This document shows, one piece after another, positions 55,224 to 63,411 of a stretch of 64,000 nt of DNA (the first letter of the stretch is position 1; each line of letters starts with the position of its first letter). The position numbers and the translations under genes were made by a program. Under the pieces are notes generated by a model. It saw only the letters and a program-made list of their open reading frames with translations, was not told where the DNA came from and made no database searches. Source of the DNA: Candidatus Peregrinibacteria bacterium CG1_02_54_53 (GTDB lineage: Bacteria > Patescibacteriota > Gracilibacteria > Peribacterales > Peribacteraceae); NCBI GenBank assembly GCA_001872575.1, contig MNWP01000030.1, positions 10,780 through 74,779 on the forward strand. The letters run 5' to 3'.

Positions 55224-55389
55224 GCCCCCCGAACCAAGCAGCAGCCCTTTTTATGGTGAGCAGAGTCGAACCACGCGGCTGCGGTTTCTATCCGCGAACC
55301 CAGGCTGCGACTTTCCGTGGTTTCCCCATCCGCACGTGTGGCCGGATGGGACTGCGCAGGCGATGGTGAAGTTTTTCGGGGGATTGTAG
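55164..55389 (+). repeat. Direct duplication (~60 bp, 166-bp period) of the 3' end of the esterase gene, flanking a 106-bp insert
   Basis: The 53-bp string ccgcacgtgtggccggatgggactgcgcaggcgatggtgaagtttttcggggg occurs at 55164 and again at 55330, identical. The tails differ by 2 nt: gttgtaa versus attgtag. Confidence 0.9.
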
Positions 55390-55584
55390 GTTTGGCTGGG
55401 CACGGGACATCCGGAACCAAATCCTAAGAGTTCTTTGGGGACCTTTGGGAATCCTTTCATAAGGTAGTGGAAGGTACGTGGGTCGGGGTCATTTTAGGCA
55501 AAAATGAGACAAAATGAGACAGTCCATAAAAAGGTGTCTCAGGGGGATTCTTGTTCAAATTATTTGCTCAATCTGTGACCTTTT

Positions 55585-56361
55585 CTAAGGGGAAAAATCA
55601 TTTTCACTCCTATACACAATGGTCCCTCCAGATCTTCTGTGCAGATCTCTCATATTCAGGGTTTCATAGAGCTTTGAGGCACTTGTGATCAGCACCTCCG
55701 GAATTCCGCAATCTCTGATTGCGAGCAGTTTGGGGCGCATGCCATGAAAGGTATCGATGAATTCGTGGGAACCATCCGATTGAATGTTCCTGGTATGCAG
55801 TAAGGGAACCCTTCGCCGGTGTTTGTCATGAACTCCACCCACCTCCGTGCAGAATATTGCCCTTCGGATTTCTTGGAATTGCCGGATAAGTGCCGAGGCG
55901 ACACTATCTGCATTGAGATTGTAGTTCTGGATTCCGTTGGTTCCGATAAACCCAAATGCGGTGACCGATCCGGCTTCGTGACATAGCGACGCTTCGGAAA
56001 CATCAATGTTCTCTCCGTGTACGCGAATAGACAACGAATCAGCAAACTGCATTGGAGGGAACCATAATTTCAGGTGTTTCTGGATGAAGGAGTATGCATC
56101 CAGTGTAATGTTGTCGATGGGAACTGTGCCTTGTGGCCGTTTTCTCTCTTCTTGATACTTCTTGTAGTGCAGCCTATCAATCTGCATCCCCCCTCCGTAT
56201 ACCAGCACCGTCCTTAGCCTCTCTCTCTGAAGATAAGAAATATACCTGAGTATCCCATTCAATCCCTTACCCTCAAGCTCTTCTCCACTGACTTTGAGAA
56301 GCACCGCATCTCCCTCGCGGAGAGTTTTCTGGTTGCCGACAGAGGGTTGAAGTATATGCAT
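55585..56361 (-). CDS. Amino-acid-kinase-family protein (ArgB-like fold)
   Basis: It has 'VLLKVSGEEL', 'VLVYGGGMQID', 'NLNADSVASAL', 'TEVGGV' and 'GMRPKLLA', in the order expected for the AAK family. I placed the start at the ATG at 56361. Confidence 0.6.
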   Translation of the reverse strand: MHILQPSVGNQKTLREGDAVLLKVSGEELEGKGLNGILRYISYLQRERLRTVLVYGGGMQIDRLHYKKYQEERKRPQGTVPIDNITLDAYSFIQKHLKLWFPPMQFADSLSIRVHGENIDVSEASLCHEAGSVTAFGFIGTNGIQNYNLNADSVASALIRQFQEIRRAIFCTEVGGVHDKHRRRVPLLHTRNIQSDGSHEFIDTFHGMRPKLLAIRDCGIPEVLITSASKLYETLNMRDLHRRSGGTIVYRSENDFSP

Positions 56362-56397
56362 CGCAAGAAAAAAAGATCCCAATGGGATCTTGCATTA

Positions 56398-56462
56398 CCT
56401 CTACAGAGGGTGACCGGAGAAACTGTTCGACTCAGTGTGCTATGCCGTCACCTCTGCAGAGG
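56398..56462. promoter_or_regulatory. Long inverted repeat in a divergent promoter region (candidate operator)
   Basis: The arms cctctacagagggtgac (56398-56414) and gtcacctctgcagagg (56447-56462) flank a 32-nt spacer. Each arm is itself a small palindrome (CCTCT-NN-AGAGG). Confidence 0.4.
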
Positions 56463-56565
56463 TGTGGCGCGGGGGAAGAAGAAATTCGTGATATGTGGCT
56501 TGCACGGTGAAAATGGTATCAGAACTTATTGTGCCGTCAACAGCAATTGCGGCTACAATGACGCC

Positions 56566-57255
56566 ATGAAACGCGTATACGCATTCAAGGCACTTCTCTT
56601 CGATGCCGACGGCACACTATACAACAGTACACCACTGCACTATCAAGCATATCGGCGGACAAGTCGTGAACTATATGGCTTCGACTTCACACCGGAACTG
56701 TTCAGACGAGAGTGTATCGAGAAGTACAAACAACCGACGCAGGTGCTGCGGGAACAAGGTATCCCCTGCGTTACTGCGGACTTCCGGGCACGGAAAGCGC
56801 CTCTCTATGCCTCACTCGCGGCAGAGAAACTCAAAGCGACAGAGGGACTTGTAAACCTGCTTGAAGAAGCGACAAAGCATGGAATTCCGTGTGCAATTGT
56901 AACCGGTGCGCAACGGCACTCTGCCGATGTTTCTCTTGACCTGCTGGACATCAAAAAATATTTTGCAGCTATCATCACACAAGAAGATACCGAGTTTCGA
57001 AAACCCGACCCGCATCCGTATCTGCTTGCAGCCGAACGCATCGGAGTATCCCCAACGGATTGCTGTGCGTTCGAAGACACCGCGATCGGTATCACATCTG
57101 CGAAAGCTGCTGGTATGTTCTGTGTAGGCATTCATCATGAAGGCAACATGCCTGAAGAATTGACAGAGGCAGACTTAGTGATTCGGAACTTCAACGATTT
57201 GCAATGCGAATACGATGGGAGAACTATAAGGGTTTCGGCTACAATTCCATCGTGA
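56566..57255 (+). CDS. HAD-IA family phosphatase (beta-phosphoglucomutase-like)
   Basis: It has 'LLFDADGTLYNS' (DxDGT), 'AIVTGAQR', 'RKPDPHPYLLAA' and 'AFEDTAIGITSAKAAGM'. I trimmed the start to the ATG at 56566. A TACAAT lies 6 nt upstream. Confidence 0.8.
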   Translation: MKRVYAFKALLFDADGTLYNSTPLHYQAYRRTSRELYGFDFTPELFRRECIEKYKQPTQVLREQGIPCVTADFRARKAPLYASLAAEKLKATEGLVNLLEEATKHGIPCAIVTGAQRHSADVSLDLLDIKKYFAAIITQEDTEFRKPDPHPYLLAAERIGVSPTDCCAFEDTAIGITSAKAAGMFCVGIHHEGNMPEELTEADLVIRNFNDLQCEYDGRTIRVSATIPS

Positions 57256-57740
57256 AAATACGCGCGTACACAGGCAAAGATCGGAAAGACCTTACGGCTC
57301 TTATTCAGACTTTGCAGGATTATGTCGCTGGGCTTGATGCACTGCGTCTCAATAAGTCGGGCGAGGAATTCGATGCCGCAGCATACGTTGAGCGTCTTCT
57401 GAGGCGTGTCGATCAAGACAATGGCAGAGTCTTTGTCGCGGAACAAAACAGCGGCATGCTCGGGTGCGTTGCAGGAGTCGTTGAGAAGACATCCCCGGCT
57501 GACGAGTATGAAGTAGTTGTGACAACGAGCGGGAGAATCTTGGAATTAGTGGTGGATCCTACACATCGTGGAAAGAACGTTGGGACGGAATTGATGAAGA
57601 CGATTGAGGAATTCTTCAAAGAGAAGAACTGTACGCACATCCGCGTCGAATGCTTTGCGCCGAACACGGGAGCGCATGCGTTTTACGAGAGGTGCGGGTT
57701 CGATGACCGAACCATCGAGATGATCAAAACGCTGGATTAG
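57252..57740 (+). CDS. GNAT-family N-acetyltransferase
   Basis: It has 'LVVDPTHRGKNVGTELM' (motif A) and 'NTGAHAFYERCGF'. Its GTG start overlaps the HAD stop as GTGA. Confidence 0.8.
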   Translation: MKIRAYTGKDRKDLTALIQTLQDYVAGLDALRLNKSGEEFDAAAYVERLLRRVDQDNGRVFVAEQNSGMLGCVAGVVEKTSPADEYEVVVTTSGRILELVVDPTHRGKNVGTELMKTIEEFFKEKNCTHIRVECFAPNTGAHAFYERCGFDDRTIEMIKTLD

Positions 57741-58750
57741 TTCGATTTCTTCTCCCCGGGAAGATTACCAGTCTTCCAGGGGGCAATATGTATTGGCATA
57801 ACATTCGGATCGAAATCAAACAAAGTTCGATTCGCGATGTTGCCAATGTCTTCCTCGTTCCGCGAAAGAACATATATGCGACGGTTCGGAACATTTTCTG
57901 CCTTCTGTAGCCAGAAATGAACCTTCCTGAGATATGAATCCGAATAGTATGGCTGTTCCTCGGGATGCATGCGTTCCAAAAATTCTTTGTCGTCGAGGAT
58001 TTCAAACTCGTCAAAAATGACAACAGCATCCTCCGGTGGCGTCTGGATCTCTTCGTCCATGTCCTTGAAGTACCGAACATCCAACCCCTTCTTCTGAAGC
58101 AAAGGGATGAGTGTATGTGTGACGAAGTGCGTCTTGCCGGCGTCTCTTCTCCCGACCAAAAGAATGTTTTGATGCCTTCTGAGATCGGATACAATCTGAT
58201 TGGTTACGGATTCATTGCTGAATTGCATTTGCGAGGACTGGTACTGGTGTACGACACGTTCGATGAATTCGTGTTTTCCTTTTGTGTACGATTTTCTGTT
58301 TTCTGGATACTTCACGGCTAGCTCTTTCTTGAGCTTCGCATATTCTTCACGCAAAGATGTCGTGCTCCTGAGCGCAGCGCGAAAAGCGAGGCAATCATTC
58401 CATGTCTTGCTGCCTTTATGGGTGAGGTGCAGATAAAACTTGCGGTCGTTCTCGGTTCCAAGTATCCAGAGAATTCTGTCATCCACACCCTGCGGTCCCC
58501 GCTCTTCGTATCCCAAATCGTTCAGAACATTCCTCAGAGTGCTGAACTCAATTTCCTGATCAATAGCAAGGGCAATATCAATGATGGGCTTTGCTGGCAC
58601 GAAAGGAATTGCAGTACTCCCGATGTGTTCAATTGTGATATCGAAGTCTTTTAACTTTTCCACCAAACGGTCTTTTTCGTCCTGAAACAACGTATGCCAT
58701 TCCGTGTGATGCGCAGCCAGCCGAACAACGCTTCTTGGGAGTCCAAACAT
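57737..58750 (-). CDS. GrpB-domain (Pol-beta-like nucleotidyltransferase fold) protein fused to a C-terminal P-loop NTPase
   Basis: The GrpB signature is 'IEHIGSTAIPFVPAKPIIDIALAI ... FYLHLT ... FRAALRS'. The C-terminal half has the Walker A 'LLVGRRDAGKTH' and the Walker B 'AVVIFDEFE'. Confidence 0.7.
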   Translation of the reverse strand: MFGLPRSVVRLAAHHTEWHTLFQDEKDRLVEKLKDFDITIEHIGSTAIPFVPAKPIIDIALAIDQEIEFSTLRNVLNDLGYEERGPQGVDDRILWILGTENDRKFYLHLTHKGSKTWNDCLAFRAALRSTTSLREEYAKLKKELAVKYPENRKSYTKGKHEFIERVVHQYQSSQMQFSNESVTNQIVSDLRRHQNILLVGRRDAGKTHFVTHTLIPLLQKKGLDVRYFKDMDEEIQTPPEDAVVIFDEFEILDDKEFLERMHPEEQPYYSDSYLRKVHFWLQKAENVPNRRIYVLSRNEEDIGNIANRTLFDFDPNVMPIHIAPWKTGNLPGEKKSN

Positions 58751-58987
58751 GCCGACATCTTATCATCAAGAACGTTAGTAATTCTCGACAATGCATGTAG
58801 GTTGCGTTGCTCCGAATACCGACATACACGCATTCTATGGAACCTGCGAGCGATTGTACTATCGGGATGCTCAAGACGCTCTGAACTTGATACGATTTGG
58901 CGTGAATAGCGCACCATGAAAGCCGCAACTATCGCCATCGTGGGCTCTATCCGGAACTGGAATGCGGACGAAAAATCAGTCAGAAAT

Positions 58988-60670
58988 TCAACCGGACATC
59001 TCTCGTAAATATGTTTCGAGTTGTGTAGCAGACAATGCAAGACCCTTCAGCAGGTCGACGATGATCCCAAAAGGAACAGTGATAGTGTGACCACTGGTAT
59101 AACGACGGGATAATACACAAGATTTTCCGGAATGGGGGTTGCTGTACTTGGTATGGCTTCCCTTTCCTTCTCCAACAACTTTTTCAATTCCTATTCTGCA
59201 TAGGAGGTTGTCCAGTTCCCCGAACTGCATGTGTTTTCTAGCGTTTCCTTTCTGAAACTCGCGTGCGGAACGTGGTGCACCTTTCTGGGAATCGCCTGAC
59301 GGCACTACATTTTCCTCTGCACGTTCAATGTCGTCCGGAGCGAGCGTCAGGATAGCGGCTTCCGGAGTGGCAGACACATTAAGAATTGAACCGTCTCGCA
59401 ACAACTGCCGGAATAGAGGCACGCTGTTTGCAGGAATCGTGAGGGTAATTGGTTTCCTCTCTTCGGAAGCATGAACAACGAATGTGTCAATATATGGGAG
59501 GGATGTGGCAATTAGAGGCTGTGATGTAAGAAAGCTGCGTATAGTGTGCCGTGTCGCAAGGAGGATTTTACGTATTGCCGGTAATGTATCCCTGAGCAAA
59601 GGATCTGAATCCAGGGTGGCATAAGCGCACTCATTGGACAGAGAAAGCGCATTTGCTTGGATGTGGAAAGAATGAATGCGATCTGCAAATAAGGAAGGGT
59701 CGTCTTGTGCTACGGGAGCATAATGCAATCGTTCCTGTACCACCGAATGTTGATGGGTTGAACGAACGAAAGAATACAAAAAATCTCGGCTCCCCAGAGG
59801 TAAAATGAGATTCGCCGAGCCCACTTCTTCAGGTGCGCCAATTTCCGGCAGGTCGAGTTCTACAGCAGGAAGAGGGTTGTGAAGAAGCAGTGAGTAACTC
59901 TCTGCATCCTCATATCCTTTCCTCATACTGTTCTGGGCATGGAATATCGAAACGCGGCGACCTGGGGTGAGTATCTGATCCTGAGGATTACCTCGAATAG
60001 TTTTCCCAGTAACGTCGCTCACGGCACCACGTAATGCTAGTTCTCCTGAAGTGGAGAGGGCTCGAAAAATCCATGCCTCAATAGAAGAGGTCAACTTATT
60101 GATGAGCCCGGCATTCAATCCGATCATTCTTTCACCAGAAGCATGCCCCGTGGTCTCCTGTGCACGACTGCTCAGGAGTGCATTGCTTGCCAATGCGATT
60201 TCAAACATACGATAGGAAACTTCAGTACAATCATTTTTCTCAAAATCATATGTTCGTGAGAGGAGATTCCAAATAGCTTGAGAAATAGCAGTTACCCATT
60301 CATTGCATTTCTGAAAAGATTCCTGAAGTACAACAGCACTATCACCGCCCTCCTGGAGATCCTCGATTAGCATGTCGGCAAGATCTCCGATTTGCTCCTG
60401 GGAAGTGTCGTTTCCCAGAGAAGGGGTTGTGTGATGTATGGCTTTAAATGTGCTGTCAAGCTCAGGAGCAGAAGCAGACATCACACGCACCATCTCATTT
60501 CGAAAATGACTTGCCGTCCGATGAGTCGCGCTTCCGCGCATCGCAAGTGCAGCACATTGTTCCAAATTGCGCGGATTGATTCTTCCTTTACGCAGAAGAT
60601 GACTCCAAATCCCGACGCTGAGACTCTCGAATTTGAGATCCATAAGCGAGATATAATACCGGGCTTTCAT
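58988..60670 (-). CDS. Large hypothetical protein with a C-terminal HicA/YcfA-like domain
   Basis: The last ~75 aa, 'LDNLLCRIGIEKVVGEGKGSHTKYSNPHSGKSCVLSRRYTSGHTITVPFGIIVDLLKGLAL', follow the HicA pattern (G..xx..GSHxxY...vP.....l..g.l..ilk). The preceding ~480 aa carry no motif I recognise. I placed the start at the ATG at 60670. Confidence 0.55.
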   Translation of the reverse strand: MKARYYISLMDLKFESLSVGIWSHLLRKGRINPRNLEQCAALAMRGSATHRTASHFRNEMVRVMSASAPELDSTFKAIHHTTPSLGNDTSQEQIGDLADMLIEDLQEGGDSAVVLQESFQKCNEWVTAISQAIWNLLSRTYDFEKNDCTEVSYRMFEIALASNALLSSRAQETTGHASGERMIGLNAGLINKLTSSIEAWIFRALSTSGELALRGAVSDVTGKTIRGNPQDQILTPGRRVSIFHAQNSMRKGYEDAESYSLLLHNPLPAVELDLPEIGAPEEVGSANLILPLGSRDFLYSFVRSTHQHSVVQERLHYAPVAQDDPSLFADRIHSFHIQANALSLSNECAYATLDSDPLLRDTLPAIRKILLATRHTIRSFLTSQPLIATSLPYIDTFVVHASEERKPITLTIPANSVPLFRQLLRDGSILNVSATPEAAILTLAPDDIERAEENVVPSGDSQKGAPRSAREFQKGNARKHMQFGELDNLLCRIGIEKVVGEGKGSHTKYSNPHSGKSCVLSRRYTSGHTITVPFGIIVDLLKGLALSATQLETYLREMSG

Positions 60671-60764
60671 ACCACTTTGCAATATAGATAAATAGTTTCT
60701 AATAGCAAAGAGGCAGAAATGGCGTAGTGGCGAGGAAGATATAGAAAGAGACCATTTACACCCG

Positions 60765-61388
60765 CTACTCTGCCGCGTTGCCTCCAGAGCGTCGTCGTAT
60801 CAATTCTTCCGCGACAGCGGAGAATCGAATTTCCTGCTGTTTAAGAAGAACTAGCAAATGATAAAGCAGATCAGCTGCTTCCTCCACTGTTCTCTGTTCC
60901 CCCTCTTCCCTCGCAGCTCTCACTACCTCTTCCGCCTCTTCGAATACTTTTGCACCACATGCCTCAATACCACCATCGAGGAGTTTCCTGGTGTATGAAT
61001 TACTGTCACCGCTCGATGCCCTCTTTGCAATTGTACGGGTGAGGATGCCAATGGTTTCCACTGCCAATTCTTCATTACCAAAGCAGGATTGCGTACCAGT
61101 GTGACATGTCGGCCCCTTGGGTCTCGCTCGAATCAAGAGGCAATCTTGGTCACAGTCGGGAGTACAGGAGACGAATTGGAGCGCGTTACCTGAAGTTTCT
61201 CCTTTCTGCCATAGTCGTTCCTTTGAACGGCTGTAGAACGTCACAAGCCTTGTTTTCAACGTTTCTCCGAGTGCTTCTCGGTTCATATAGCCAAGCATGA
61301 GAACCTGTGACGTATCGCAGTCCTGTACAATAACGGGAATAAGGCCATCGGGATTTTTTTGCCAGTCAAGTGTGGAAATATCCATCAT
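60765..61388 (-). CDS. hisIE: Bifunctional phosphoribosyl-AMP cyclohydrolase / phosphoribosyl-ATP pyrophosphatase
   Basis: The HisI part has 'LIPVIVQDCDTSQVLMLGYMNREAL...FYSRSKERLWQKGETSGN...DCDQDCLL...CHTGTQSCF'. The HisE part has 'SYTRKLLDGG...KVFEEAEEV...EEAADLLYHLLVLL'. Confidence 0.9.
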   Translation of the reverse strand: MMDISTLDWQKNPDGLIPVIVQDCDTSQVLMLGYMNREALGETLKTRLVTFYSRSKERLWQKGETSGNALQFVSCTPDCDQDCLLIRARPKGPTCHTGTQSCFGNEELAVETIGILTRTIAKRASSGDSNSYTRKLLDGGIEACGAKVFEEAEEVVRAAREEGEQRTVEEAADLLYHLLVLLKQQEIRFSAVAEELIRRRSGGNAAE

Positions 61389-62863
61389 GAGCGCACGGGG
61401 AAGGATGCATCACGTAAGACATGTTTTACGTCAGCGATAGAAAATGTCTGGAAGTGAAACACACTTGCAGCGAGAAGGGCGTCTGCTCTTCCCAAGGCAG
61501 CTGCATCGACAAAATCACGCAATCTACCGGCACCACCGGAGGCAATGACAGGAACATTCACACGTTCTTTAATGCAAGCGAGGAGTGCCGTATCAAAACC
61601 TTCTCCTGTGCCATCTCTATCAAATGACGTAACGAGTAACTCTCCAGCACCTCGTTGTGCTGCTTCTACAGCCCATGCAATTGCGTCTTTCTCGGTTTCC
61701 TCAGATCCACCCTTCGTCAGTACCACCCAACTATTGCCTTTACGACGGGCATCGATGGCACAGACAGTATTTGCTCTGCCAAGTTGCTCTGCTATTTCAG
61801 AGAGTAATTCCGGTTTTATAACTGCTGCTGAGTTGATGGAGACTTTATCAGCACCTGCCTCCAGTAGCCGTTTTGCGTCCTCAACGCAGCGGATGCCGCC
61901 TCCGATGGTAAATGGGATATTCACTGCTTCTGCAACGTGTGCGGCGAGTTCGAAGACAGTTTCTCGTTCCTGTTTACTCGCACTGATATCAAGAAAAACT
62001 AACTCATCTGCTCCTTCCTCACAATATCGCGCAGCAAGCTCCACTGGATCACCGGCATCACGCAGGTTTTGAAATTTCGTTCCCTTTACGGTTCGCCCAC
62101 CGGCAATGTCCAAACACGGGATAATGCGGATGGCAAGATCATTCTCCGCGCGAAGCAATTGCGAGAGGCGTACCTGTTTACTGAGAAGAACTTTGCCTAC
62201 CACAGCGAAACTGCAACCGGCTCTGCGGAGATCGCGTATGTCTTTTGGATTTCGTACTCCTCCGCTGGCAGCAATGCTCAGTTCGGGGTAGTTCTTTTTA
62301 ATTTTCTTATACAAAGCAACATTAGGCCCCTGTTCCATCCCGTCTTTGCTGATATCTGTGACGAGAATGTTGGCTATACCAAGCGATTTGATTATTTTAA
62401 TGCCGTCATACAGTGGTATGTCTGAATTCTCTTGCCATCCTTTGATGCGAATTTTATTGTTCTGCACATCAAGAGCCGCGATGAAGCGGTTACTTCCAAA
62501 CAGGAGTACAGCGCTCCGTACAAGTTCAGGATCGGTAAAGAGAACAGTTCCAAGGACGATGCGGGTCGAACCGCAGGAGATCAGAGAGTAGATATCTTGC
62601 AGAGTGCGAACACCACCACCAACTTGTAAAGCAAGAGTGGTACATTCTGAGATGCTTCTTACAACCTTTAAGAATGGCTGTTCCAGCTTTCCACTTTTTG
62701 CCCCAGAGAGGTTTACGAGGTGTAGGGTCGAAGCACCCTGCAATACAAAAGATTGTGCAAGAGCTACCGGATCATCTCCAAAGTCCTCAGAACGCTCAAA
62801 GTCACCTTGCTGCAGGCGCACAACTCTTCTATCAAGCACATCAATGGCAGGAATTACCTGCAT
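61385..62863 (-). CDS. hisAF: Fused HisA (ProFAR isomerase) - HisF (IGP synthase cyclase subunit)
   Basis: The N-terminal half has 'VIPAIDVLDRRVVRLQQGDF...LHLVNLSGAKSG...VGGGVR'. The C-terminal half has 'RIIPCLDIAGGRTVKGTKFQNLRDAGDPVELA...DELVFLDISAS...GGGIR...ADKVSINSAA...IASGGAG'. It is one uninterrupted 492-codon ORF. Confidence 0.85.
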   Translation of the reverse strand: MQVIPAIDVLDRRVVRLQQGDFERSEDFGDDPVALAQSFVLQGASTLHLVNLSGAKSGKLEQPFLKVVRSISECTTLALQVGGGVRTLQDIYSLISCGSTRIVLGTVLFTDPELVRSAVLLFGSNRFIAALDVQNNKIRIKGWQENSDIPLYDGIKIIKSLGIANILVTDISKDGMEQGPNVALYKKIKKNYPELSIAASGGVRNPKDIRDLRRAGCSFAVVGKVLLSKQVRLSQLLRAENDLAIRIIPCLDIAGGRTVKGTKFQNLRDAGDPVELAARYCEEGADELVFLDISASKQERETVFELAAHVAEAVNIPFTIGGGIRCVEDAKRLLEAGADKVSINSAAVIKPELLSEIAEQLGRANTVCAIDARRKGNSWVVLTKGGSEETEKDAIAWAVEAAQRGAGELLVTSFDRDGTGEGFDTALLACIKERVNVPVIASGGAGRLRDFVDAAALGRADALLAASVFHFQTFSIADVKHVLRDASFPVRS

Positions 62864-63411
62864 AGACTTGCGAAGGAAAGAAGATAACGATCACCGGCAT
62901 CGCCGGATTTCTCTGGGTGCCACTGGACACCGAAGAAGTTGTCCTGCTGCACTCCTGCACAGATAGATTCTCCATACTGCACAGTCATAGTACTCGTGAT
63001 TTGATTACTTGGTTTGCAAGCGTAACTGTGTACGAAGTAGGCGTACTCACCCGTACTCAACTTGTTCCAACCCATGTGCGGTTTTGTCACGTTATCCGGC
63101 AGTTCCCGCACGTTGCCTTTGATGATACCAAGACACTCGGTGTCATTTTCTTCGGAGAATTCAAACAGAAGCTGCATCCCGAGGCAGAGACCGAGGAACG
63201 GTTTTGTGTAGGATCGGATTGCATCTGTCCAACCGAGCTCAGAGAGCCGCGCCATTGCCGATCCCGCCGCACCTGCACCTGGAAAGATCATGCCGGAAAT
63301 ACTCTCTAACTCCATTGGGTTCTCGATAATTTTTGAAGTAATGTTCAGTCGAGCAAGCGCCCGCTGCACACTTCCGGTATTGCCTGCGTTGTAGCGGAGG
63401 ATTCCAATCAT
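62854..63411 (-). CDS. hisH: Imidazole glycerol phosphate synthase, glutamine amidotransferase subunit
   Basis: It has 'PFLGLCLGMQLLF' (catalytic Cys), 'HMGWN', 'YFVHSY' and 'GVQWHPEKS'. Confidence 0.9.
   Translation of the reverse strand: MIGILRYNAGNTGSVQRALARLNITSKIIENPMELESISGMIFPGAGAAGSAMARLSELGWTDAIRSYTKPFLGLCLGMQLLFEFSEENDTECLGIIKGNVRELPDNVTKPHMGWNKLSTGEYAYFVHSYACKPSNQITSTMTVQYGESICAGVQQDNFFGVQWHPEKSGDAGDRYLLSFASLCR

Noticed and set aside
55224-55329. A tRNA or tRNA fragment on the minus strand (…GCGGAUAGAAACCGC…GUGGUUCGACUCUGCUCACCA)
   Set aside because: It has a T-loop-like GGTTCGA and an anticodon-arm-like hairpin. The T-stem and acceptor stem do not pair, and the 'anticodon' AGA would be atypical. 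At best it is a degraded fragment, so I report it only as part of the insert.
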